DNA of 64,000 nt from Macrostomum lignano (GCA_002269645.1 NIVC01000297.1:372001-436000); one strand, 5' to 3'; counted from the first letter of the stretch, positions 38,003 to 48,379 are shown. Program-made: numbers and translations. Notes: generated by a model not told the origin, from the sequence alone.

Positions 38003-39272
38003 GGCGTTTTACTCGTATATCTGAAATTGTATGGAGAATGTTATCAATGCTTGCTTCCTGTGTCTGCCTGTCCGTCCGTGTCTGTTTGTCTGTCTGTCTG
38101 TCTGTCATTTTTCCACGCCCGCTAAGAATTATCTTCAGCTTCCTGCACTAATGTCAAAATATAATTCTGGTAGAGTAGCTCGCATTAAAGATTTCCCACA
38201 TTTCTATATAGTTGATTTAAAATTTGAAGGTCAGTCGAATTGAATAAATAAACACATCACGAATGATAGTAAATGAAAAATATGGTTGCTGTTCATGCAG
38301 GACTAGATAGATATATTTGTTCATTATTGATAAGTAATAATTTTTTGCAATACTTGTTTTCAGAGTATGAATTATTCAAAACACTATCAATTGTAAAACA
38401 GTAAACAAAAAGTCGTTGGTGTCAGATGTGTCAAAAAATGGGAATGACATCATAAGGCAGTTGCACACAGAAAACGTAGTTATTTAAATCTTTGAAGTGC
38501 TTAACTTTAATAATAATATCGTAGGTAATTGTTAGTAAGAATTTTGATTAAAATGTATTACTTATTCACTAAATATGCTACTTTATATCATTTATTTTAC
38601 GCAGAAAAAAACAATAAAGACACAAAGGAGGTTATATACCGTACTAATTAAAAGATAACTACATAGTGAATTGCACTAGTGAATTGACTAGTGAATTGCA
38701 GGCACGACAACCTCTTTATAGTTTTAGAATAAAAATATAATTGAAAGTATTTGAGGGAATAGATTATATTAGCAATCCATTCTATCAAGCAATTTCTTCT
38801 TGCTAAAATCATGTAATAAAAGTGCTATTAGGATATATTTCTAAGCAATAAAACAAAAATAAGTCGGATTTTATCAAGAGTTGGAAAGCCTAGTTATTTA
38901 AAACAAAGGCACACAAACTTACGGATTGCAAAGCAGGTTAAAATGAGTAATATTGTGTAGTAAACTGTCGGTAAGAAAGACAACTGTCTAACTTCAGCTG
39001 GATATAGCAAATTCAATAAAAGATTCAATGAGTTTTGCAAATAGCGCCAGTAAGAAGCCATAGACTAAAATGCCAGTTATGGGAATGCATTTTATAATAC
39101 GAGCTACAAATTTCAATGTGCAAATTTTCGGTAGCTAGTTCCAGTGTATCAAAAAGCAATCATAAAAATAACAATGCTATATAGTAATCAGACATCAGAA
39201 AATTCGGAGCAAATGATGACAAATTCCACATTTTAAAATTCTCCTTTACTCACAGTAGTAATTATGTAAATA

Positions 39273-39417
39273 ATAAACGCCGTTTAATTCACATTCTGTG
39301 GTTAGAATGTCCGAGGCTGCGTTTAATGGTCTCGAGGCGAGCGTAGCGAGCCGAGGACCATTGATTGTAGCCGAGGATATTCTAACCATAGACTATGATG
39401 AATTAAACGGCGTTTAT
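39273..39417. mobile_element. MITE-like palindromic element
   Basis: 19-bp perfect inverted ends ataaacgccgtttaattca / tgaattaaacggcgtttat, with inner inverted arms. Confidence 0.6.
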
Positions 39418-39825
39418 CATATATTAAATTCGATTGCTCCTGATTTCGAGGAGATTATATGATATAATATCCTAGTTTTTGTTAAAAATTACCACAGACA
39501 ACACATTCCCGGCTCAGAATAGTACAATTTTTTAACGATTAAATAAGCAATCGTATTTTATATTAAAAAACTTCAAGCAGGAAAATTATAACTGAAATGA
39601 CTAACTGCACTACTCATAGTAAAAATGTAAGGAATTACGCTTATGTAAATTCGGGGCAAGCAAAACAATAATCATTAACATTGCCATGTTACTTACTAAC
39701 AGAAATAATATCGGTAAATTGCAAACAAAAAATCCATAATAGCTAAAAAGAATCCTAAATATATATATATATTAGCAAGCAATAGTTAAAATAATTGATA
39801 AAATGTTAGGCTGTCACAATCAAAG

Positions 39826-40632
39826 TTAGCTGGATTGAGATTCTTCGCCATCAATAAAGACAGCGGAATCATCGGCATCTGTATGGGCAGCTGTCTGCTC
39901 GTCCTTGGTCAGCAACTGGCTTACACAACTTTCGCCTTTATTAAACTTGCATTGCCTGTCTGCACTGGATTTAACTGCAGTGCGAGCATTTTTGCACTGT
40001 TTGTAAATAACACAGGATAGGACGATCACGCAGACCAATAAAAGTACAGCTAAAACCCAGACGATTGGCCAAGGATCTACTTTGTCAGCCGCATCATTAT
40101 TTGATCCTTCAGTGGTGGTATTAGGTTGCAGAGATTCTTTACAGCTAGACTTATTGTTCACAGCAACACCACTGATGTCGGAGCCGCTACGTGACGCATT
40201 CTCAGCGAGATTTGGCGCCTCAGTCACTGATTTACCAATTAGTGATGATGTGTTGCTTCTTGGCCAGGAATCTGAGGGACAGTTGCAGTTACACGCGACA
40301 CCAGTGTTCACATGAGATGCATTGCCAGGCTGCTTGGCGCTACTGTTGGAATTATGAGATGATGAAGCCGTCTCAGCATCTCGCGAGCCAGCCAAAGTGG
40401 AACAGTTGGGAAGACGACACACGCCTCGATTCCAGAGTTGTTGGCACTTCCAGCCCCAAAATTTCTCCATCAATCGGTGCGCTTGACTGCAGTCGAAGCA
40501 CACGCGTGGACAGTGACTATTCTGTTTAGCGTTGTTGTTCCAGTACGTAGGAACAGTCGGCACTCGGGCTTGGCAGAAGGCGACCAACTGTGCAGCGACA
40601 ATGCATTCATATGCGTAGCTTATGATACGCAT
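39826..40632 (-). CDS. R9: membrane protein with a divergent Cys domain on an R6-type stalk/TM/tail
   Basis: Signal-like N-terminus; C-x3-C-x2-C-x14-C-x8-C-x4-C; SRDAETASS...DPWPIVWVL... closely matches R6. Confidence 0.75.
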   Translation of the reverse strand: MRIISYAYECIVAAQLVAFCQARVPTVPTYWNNNAKQNSHCPRVCFDCSQAHRLMEKFWGWKCQQLWNRGVCRLPNCSTLAGSRDAETASSSHNSNSSAKQPGNASHVNTGVACNCNCPSDSWPRSNTSSLIGKSVTEAPNLAENASRSGSDISGVAVNNKSSCKESLQPNTTTEGSNNDAADKVDPWPIVWVLAVLLLVCVIVLSCVIYKQCKNARTAVKSSADRQCKFNKGESCVSQLLTKDEQTAAHTDADDSAVFIDGEESQSS

Positions 40633-42020
40633 TTTTTAGCTCAGATTTAGGTTGCGGTTGTTCTGTGGTTTGCTGCGCTGGGCTGAAAGAAGCAGTGGAG
40701 TTTGACATGTAAAACATTACCAAAATATTAATTTCGGCTATTGTCATGCAATGTTACAAAATGGACACGAAAAATTGAAAGTCTACAGAGCTAAGACAGG
40801 TTGGGCCACACTTGGGGTTGCTTCATAAATTGTGTTCTTTAACAATTTATAACTGACTTCTAACTTGGATCCTAGCAAGCTCGAATGTATTTAGATTGTA
40901 GCTCTGTTAGGAAAAAAACTTCATACTTATGATAGCTTGATATCTATAGTTATGGGGCAAAAAATGAAAAGACAAGATCAAATACGTACTTATAAAAATA
41001 ACACACATGTGCTTCATTTATTTCACTAAATTCATTTGTTGAAAACTTAGTAGGTATAAAACAATTGGCAGTTGTTATCACAACTATGAGCAGCAAAGTA
41101 TAAGCCAAAAGCACTGCAAAAGCGGAGCAAAACAAAGTTTTGAAAGAAAATGTGTACAAGGACTGATATATTCCTGCACGGTCACGAGTGCGGGAATGAC
41201 ATCTGCACGAGTGCGCGCTAGCGCACGAGTGCACGATGTCCTTCACGCACGAGTGAACGTGAAGGAATTCCATTGTCGGATGATTCATCGTGCAGGAATG
41301 CACAAAACCGTGCAGGAATGCATTTCTGCGCCTAATGCTTTTTCAGTGAGATTTTACCATAGACATCCATTCCTGCACGCAAAAGAGTGCAAGAATGCCA
41401 TTCTTGCATGGAAAATCAGCCGACAATGCTTAGCAACTCAGGACGTTAGAAATTTGTTTGTGTCTATGGCTTTTCAATAAGCCTCTACTAATACTAAAAC
41501 TGACGCGATGTTTGTCTGTCTTTTCAATAAAGAACCAAGTGCTAACCTATCTCTAGTGACAGATGCTCATAAATATTTTGCGTTATATTTTTTATTTCTA
41601 CGAATATAAAAGTAATAAAAACAATTATAGTACATGAGAATTGAAAAGTACGATATGCAACTGTCGGAAAACATTGCGTATAGCTGTATAAGGCAAACAT
41701 TGATGACTATAACAAAGTTGGAACATATACAGATGTTTCAAAAAGTTGTTAAGTAGTCCTTGATTGTGTACGAGAAAATTGGTAAGACACTGCACTGCAG
41801 GAAAGGGTTCCTGTTTCTTAACTGTGTTTCACAGGGAGCTATGCAAGATGATTATTGTTGTGTTGAGAGAGTCAGACTGATTTTGGGAGTACACACAAAC
41901 TTAGACCAAGTTGGCCTTCCGACTGGTATATTTATACTTTGATATTTACCTAGCTGCGACCGATCAATATCGGCAAAGAGATGTGCCCGTGTTCAGGAGT
42001 CAGCGGAATGGGTGGTAGTT

Positions 42021-42187
42021 TCAATTGTTGATGGTTGAACTGGACGAAAAATCGTGAGTTGACGAAGGAGCCGGCCGGTTTCCGTACAGAGGGTCTGTCG
42101 GCTTTGAGTCTTTATCGTTCTCATCTGCCTGCAAGTCGTCGGGACCAGGAGGTGACGAATCCTGCATCTCTCGCTGCTCTGCGGGAG
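42021..42187 (-). CDS. Candidate terminal exon (possibly PARG exon 6)
   Basis: ttaacag|CT CCC GCA GAG...PAEQREMQDSSPPGPDD...STINN*; GC-rich island in AT-rich DNA; needs a phase-1 donor. Confidence 0.35.
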
Positions 42188-42904
42188 CTGTTAATTTAAC
42201 GGGAGCGTTATTAGTAATAATTTTTTTAAGTCTCTAGGCGCTTTAATCTCTAACAGAAACACTGGATGAAGACAGTAAATTTAGCTTGTAATTGCTACTC
42301 TTACCATCAATTGGCACAACGCCCTTCTCAATTTATAACTTGAATAAATTGGATATCAAATTAATTGAAAAATACCAAATAGGTTCTAACCTGTATTGCA
42401 TCTTCTAAACATGTGACCATGATGCTGAAAAAAATGCTTAACTCCGTACACAAAAGCCGGTAGCATGAAGCAGACACAAACAATTAGCGACATCCACGAT
42501 GTTAAACAATCATAAGCAGACTTATGATTAGTACTATACATTTTCATTAGTTCACGAAGAGAAAGAATCGCTGGAGTCACTTCTGGACAGGAGCTAGTAA
42601 GTATAAGCTACAGATCGAGGGGTGATAAAATTGAGAAATTAACATAAGACAAGTAAAATATTCTATTATTTTTCTACTATCTTTTTGTACTTTTGTTTTT
42701 TGTACTATCAAATTCTAGACTAGGTTATACCAGTTCGTACAAGGTCACAGCGGATCAATGCAAATTTCGCTGTTGCTCGGTGGGTCGCTAATCGGGTCTG
42801 AAATAAAGTGGGAATGCGAGCTTATACGATAAAAATTTTTCTTGACGTACATGTAGTCTGTGTTTTGTTCGGTACACCTTAACTAATGGATGCATACATA
42901 TTAA

Positions 42905-42960
42905 CAGATAGTCAGACAGACAAGTAAAGGAGACAGACAGGCAGACAGACAGGCAGGTAA

Positions 42961-43019
<59 letters not shown>

Positions 43020-43194
43020 GGCAGACAGACAGGCAGAAAGGCAGACAGACAGACAGACAGGCAGACAGACAGACAGACAGACAGACAGGCAGACAGGCAG
43101 ACAGACAGGCAGACAGACAGACAGACAGACAGGCAGACAGGCAGACAGACAGACAGACAGACAGACAGGCAGGCAGGCAGACAGACAGACAGGC

Positions 43195-43231
<37 letters not shown>

Positions 43232-43446
43232 GGCAGGTAAACAGACAGACAGACAGACAGGCAGGCAGACAGACAGACAGACAGACAGACAGGCAGACAG
43301 GCAGACAGGCAGACAGACAGGCAGACAGACAGGCAGAAAGGCAGACAGACAGACAGACAGGCAGACAGACAGACAGACAGACAGGCAGACAGGCAGACAG
43401 ACAGACAGACAGACAGACAGGCAGGCAGGCAGACAGACAGACAGGC

Positions 43447-43483
<37 letters not shown>

Positions 43484-43570
43484 GGCAGGTAAACAGACAG
43501 ACAGACAGACAGGCAGGCAGACAGACAGACAGACAGACAGACAGGCAGGCAGGCAGACAGACAGACAGGC

Positions 43571-43607
<37 letters not shown>

Positions 43608-43806
43608 GGCAGGTAAACAGACAGACAGACAGACAGGCAGACAGACAGACAGAAAGACAAACAGGCAGGCAGGCAGGCAGACAGACAGGCAGGCAGACAG
43701 ACAGACAGACAGGCAGGCAGGCAGGCAGACAGACAGACAGACAGACAGGCAGGCAGACAGACAGACAGACAGACAGACAGGCAGGCAGGCAGACAGACAG
43801 ACAGGC

Positions 43807-43839
<33 letters not shown>

Positions 43840-43938
43840 GGCAGGCAGACAGACAGACAGACAGACAGACAGGCAGGCAGACAGGCAGACAGACAGACAG
43901 ACAGACAGACAGGCAGGCAAGCAGACAGACAGACAGGC

Positions 43939-43975
<37 letters not shown>

Positions 43976-44010
43976 GGCAGGTAAACAGACAGACAGACAG
44001 ACAGGCAGGC

Positions 44011-44051
<41 letters not shown>

Positions 44052-44206
44052 GGCAGGCAGACAGACAGACAGACAGACAGACAGGCAGGCAGGCAGACAG
44101 ACAGACAGGCAGACAGGCAGACAGGCAGACAGACAGACAGACAGACAGGCAGGTAAACAGACAGACAGACAGACAGGCAGACAGACAGACAGAAAGACAG
44201 ACCGGC

Positions 44207-44243
<37 letters not shown>

Positions 44244-44270
44244 GGCAGGCAGGCAGACAGACAGACAGGC

Positions 44271-44307
<37 letters not shown>

Positions 44308-44647
44308 GGCAGGTAAACAGACAGACAGACAGACAGGCAGACAGACAGACAGAAAGACAAACAGGCAGGCAGGCAGGCAGACAGACAGGCAGGCAGACAG
44401 ACAGACAGACAGGCAGGCAGGCAGGCAGACAGACAGACAGGCAGGCAGACAGGCAGGCAGACAGACAGACAAACAGGCAGGCAGGCAGGCAGACAGACAG
44501 GCAGGCAGACAGACAGACAGGCAGACAGACAGACAGACAGACAGGCAGGCAGGCAGACAGACAGACAGGCAGACAGACAGACAGGCAGACAGACAAACAG
44601 GCAGGCAGGCAGACAGACAGGCAGGCAGACAGACAAACAGGCAGGCA

Positions 44648-44720
<73 letters not shown>

Positions 44721-44803
44721 ACAGGCAGGCAGACAGGCAGACAGACAGACAGGCAGACAGACAGACAGACAGACAGACAGGCAGGCAGACAAACAGGCAG
44801 GCA

Positions 44804-44880
<77 letters not shown>

Positions 44881-44922
44881 ACAGGCAGGCAGACAGGCAG
44901 ACAGACAGACAGGCAGACAGAC

Positions 44923-44978
<56 letters not shown>
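42905..44978. repeat. 2.1-kb (GACA/GGCA)n microsatellite
   Basis: Direct reading; opposite orientation to the receptor-linked TCTG tracts. Confidence 0.97.
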
Positions 44979-44979
<1 letters not shown>

Positions 44980-45728
44980 TGCAGCCATCGAACCAGTCTC
45001 ACCAGTCATCTCAGCCTCAGCTCGCACCAGATCCATCAAATCGCCATCCTGATGCAGCAGGGTGCCATCAGAACCCGTAGCGTTGGACGGCAGCTCCACA
45101 GTTGGCTGAGAGCCGCCGGCAGCTGGATCTTCATCATTGGTAGTATCGGTGTCATTCGAGTCGTAATCATAGTCCACTAATCTGACAGCAGACGAGGAGG
45201 AGGAGGTCTCTTTTGGTGTCACCTCGTGAAAGGCTTCGGCGTGATCCAACAGCCAGGTGAACAATTCGCCGCGTTGCTTCGCCGGCAACTTGCAGTAGTT
45301 GATGAGGCGTCGATACAGACTCCCAACAGTGAGTCCCAGTCGTCTGCAGTCAGCTTGAAACTGCTGCAACCTGTGCTGGAAATCTGTGTCGCCAAAAGTG
45401 AAATAGACACAGGAGCGGCCAGTCACAGCGCAGGCCATCAGCTGGATTAGCGACTTCAATTGTAGATCGCCACCGAATGCGCCGCAACCCCAGTTGCCCG
45501 TGGCAACGGGACGACGCTTGGATTTATGTTTAACATTGGCCGGACCGCCAAATCCTACCAGAGCTTTGTGCAGCTCTCTGTCGATAGCGGATTTATTAAA
45601 CTGTTGTTTGTAGCCTGCGGCACCGCGACTGTAGCATCTGGCGTCAATGGCAACCAGCTTGGTTACCAGGCGACGGTTGGTGTCGCGAGGCCGAGTATCG
45701 GTGTGATCTCCGTTCCATTGGAATGTGC
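44979..45728 (-). CDS. PARG: PARG exon 5 (3' boundary uncertain)
   Basis: aacag acceptor; VAIDA..RELHKALVGF..ATGNWGCGAFGGD..KSLIQLMA..YFTFGD; candidate donors at 44994 or 44979. Confidence 0.85.
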
Positions 45729-45749
45729 CTGTTGGTTGGGATGGAGAGA

Positions 45750-45958
45750 AAGGAGACATGAGATGAGAGATGAGATAGGAGAGATGAGATAGGAGAGATG
45801 AGATAGGAGAGATGAGATAGGAGAGATGAGATAGGAGTGATGAGATAGAAGAGATGAGATAGGATAGGAGAGAGAGATAGTGTATAGGAGATGAGATAGG
45901 AAAGACGAGATAGGAGAGATGAGATAGGAGAGTCGATATAGGCGAGACGAGAGAGAAG
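45750..45958. repeat. (GAGAT)n-like simple repeat in PARG intron 4
   Basis: Direct reading. Confidence 0.9.
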
Positions 45959-46011
45959 ATATTCTGAGAAAGGATAATAATAGTAATATATGTACAACCG
46001 ACAGCTCAGCC

Positions 46012-46241
46012 GCAGCTATTAGGCGGCGCATCTGAAGGCGTCAAGGACTGGGGGGGTCGCCACACACAGCCTCAATTACCCCAGCTAATGCTGGCACCCA
46101 TTTTACAGCTGGGTGAACTGAAGCCATGCAGAGTTAAGCGTCTTGCTCAAGGACACAAATTGATTGTTCCGAGTGGCATCGGGAATCGAACCCCAGACCT
46201 TCAAGTCGTAATTTGGACGCTCTAGCCCCTGGGCTACAACC
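46012..46241 (-). mobile_element. tRNA-derived CORE-type SINE, copy A
   Basis: Reverse complement has B-box ggttcgattcc and a MIR/CORE-like gtgtccttgagcaagac..ttaactct..cagttcacccagctgtaaaatggg. Confidence 0.75.
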
Positions 46242-46350
46242 TGAATCTGAGAAATAAATAAATATGATAAGACAATATACGACTACTTTTAGAGATATCA
46301 AATGAGGATCAAGACAATAAAATTAGAGAAAAAACTTAGCAGCCACTCAC

Positions 46351-46477
46351 TGGAGTAGCCAGTGTAGTCGGAGTAGCGTTCGGCTCCGGTGATCCACAGC
46401 GCTTCGCCATCCTCCAAGGACTCGGCCAGCAGGCGGGAGAGCAGCAGCTCCGGACAGATGAGGAAGCGAATCTCTTC
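46351..46477 (-). CDS. PARG: PARG exon 4
   Basis: cag|[35 protein letters not shown]|gtgagt; carries the catalytic EE. Confidence 0.92.
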
Positions 46478-46539
46478 CTGCATGTTGGGATGATTTGAAA
46501 GTGACTTAAATGTATAAAGGGAAATTTATCGTAGCTAGC

Positions 46540-47003
46540 AGGAGGATCTGGGAGACTGGCCCAGCAACTGAGGATCTGGGAGGCTGGCCCAGCAACTGGG
46601 GATCTGGGAGGCTGGCCCAGCAACTAAGGATCTGGGAGGCTGGCCCAGCAACTGTGGATCTAGGAGGCTGGCCCAGCAACTGGGGATCTGAGAGGCTGGC
46701 CCAGCAACTGTGGATCTGGGAGGCTGGCCTAGCAACTGTGGATCTGGGAGGCTGGCCCAGCAACTGGGGATCTGGGAGGCTGGCCCAGCAACTGTGGATC
46801 TGAGAGGCTGGCCCAGCAACTGGGGATCTGAGAGGCTGGCCCAGCAACTGGGGATCTGAGAGGCTGGCCCAGCAACTGGGGATCTGGGAGGCTGGCCCAG
46901 CAACTGGGGATCTAGGAGGCTGGCCCAGCAACTGTGGATCTAGGAGGCTGGCCCAACAACTGGGGATCTAGGAGGCTGGCCCAGCAACTGGGGATCTGAG
47001 AGG
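46540..47003. repeat. 28-bp minisatellite filling PARG intron 3
   Basis: (tggcccagcaactggggatctgggaggc)n. Confidence 0.95.
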
Positions 47004-47037
47004 CCTCACTCTGCATTACCAAAAAACCCGAGCGCAC

Positions 47038-47231
47038 CTGCACCAGGCCGCGCCCCAGCACCCCGCCCCCGATGTAGGCGTTGGCGAAGTCCACCTCCAG
47101 CATGCCGGCGCCGTCATCCTCGATGGTGCCCTCTGCGGCCGCCAGCAGATCAGGCAGCAGTTCAGTTCGAGCTGACCAGTCTATGCGTTCGTTTATCACT
47201 CGACGACTAAACGTGACAACGCCCAGAGGAT
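47038..47231 (-). CDS. PARG: PARG exon 3
   Basis: EGTIED..LEVDFANAYIGGGVLGRGLVQ|gtgcgc; PARG GGG-x6-QEE signature. Confidence 0.92.
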
Positions 47232-47516
47232 CTGCGAGAGTTGTACGCTTTAACAATTATGATTGGAACAAAATTTAATCAGTCAGTCAGTCAGAAAGAC
47301 ACACATCAAAACCAGGCAGAATTTAGCTGACTTCACTTTTGTCCACTGTCTTCTACAGAACTCTCAATAATCTGTTAAACTGTCAACCGCACTCAGCCGA
47401 GTGCGCAGGAGAGGTTATATTATAGCCTGCTTTTGGGAGAGTCTATTAAAACTTTAAGCAATTCCAATTCTTCTATCACGGAACAAAGCAATTTTATTAT
47501 CGGTAACCGAAAAGAG

Positions 47517-47707
47517 ATGGATTTTACTAGCAAAGCTGTTCTGCTACTGGTAGGATTCGTTCTAATTCTAAACAGCCAAATTGAAAGCGTCCAAAGTGTA
47601 CCAGCTGGTCAATTTTTGAGCAAGTCAATCATGTTTCGCAGTCCGGCTGAACTCAAGCAGTACCTGAGAACTTTGAACGCATTCTATGCCACTCTGGGAC
47701 GGCCCAG
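47517..47707 (+). CDS. npf: NPF/NPY-family neuropeptide precursor, exon 1
   Basis: Signal MDFTSKAVLLLVGFVLILNS..; ELKQYLRTLNAFYATLGRP AG|gtaatt; phase-2 intron inside the Arg codon, as is typical of NPY/NPF genes. Confidence 0.88.
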
Positions 47708-47833
47708 GTAATTTAAATTCGTTTATATTCTTGATGAAGTTCACACCCGACCCGCGATTCACCACACATCGAAAGTGAAATGTGGAGCGCTTGTACATAT
47801 TTTTATACAAGAATTATTTATTCAATATTTCAG

Positions 47834-47864
47834 ATACCGCAAGAGATTTCACTTCGAAGCCTGA
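47834..47864 (+). CDS. npf: NPF/NPY-family precursor, exon 2
   Basis: tttcag|A TAC CGC AAG AGA TTT CAC TTC GAA GCC TGA gives GRPRY-RKR-FHFEA*. Confidence 0.8.
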
Positions 47865-48034
47865 GTCAAACTGACCGACTGACTGGGAGCAATCTTGAAC
47901 AGACCAACAGTAAAAACTAATAAAAACTATAGAAGCTGGATATGCAAAGTATAATCGGCAATCAGAAAAAAACAAATAAAAATGGTTTTATTAAGCTGCT
48001 TGCTTTTTTCAATATTTATTAACTTTGTAAGTCA

Positions 48035-48285
48035 GGGGTTGTAACCTTGTGGCTAGAGAGTCGAACTCACGACTTTAAGGTCGGGGGTTCGATTCCTGAT
48101 CTTATTTGGAACAATTTGTGTCCTTGAGCAAGACACTTAACTCTGCATTGCTTCAGTTCACCCAGCTGTAAAATGGGTGCCAGCATTAGCTGGGGTAATT
48201 GAGGGTGTGTGTGGCGACCCCCCCCCCCTTAAGTCTTTGGACTGAACAGCCGTACGCAGCCTTCAGATGCGCCGCGCAATAGCTG
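48035..48285 (+). mobile_element. tRNA-derived CORE-type SINE, copy B (inverted relative to A)
   Basis: B-box ggttcgattcc at about 48084; gtgtccttgagcaagacacttaactc..cagttcacccagctgtaaaatggg. Confidence 0.75.
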
Positions 48286-48379
48286 GCCCATTAGGGCAGG
48301 TGCAATCAATTATGATTATCATTAGCAGTCGAAAAAATTAATCCCTAACCAAACAAAATGTTGATAATGAATTAATTAC

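Noticed and set aside
25294-40632. TRAF-binding or death-domain motifs in the receptor tails
   Set aside because: No convincing PxQxT, (P/S/A/T)x(Q/E)E or death-domain pattern found by eye, so the signalling route is not claimed.
41190-41410. gcacga-rich segment as a transposon end
   Set aside because: Repeated short motifs are visible, but no TIR partner, TSD or coding remnant could be found.
17110-44980. Long LSVC/TDRQ/SQSV ORFs, including the 696-952-aa ones at 42.8-45.8 kb
   Set aside because: Microsatellite translations; only the PARG exon-5 part of the 952-aa ORF is credible.
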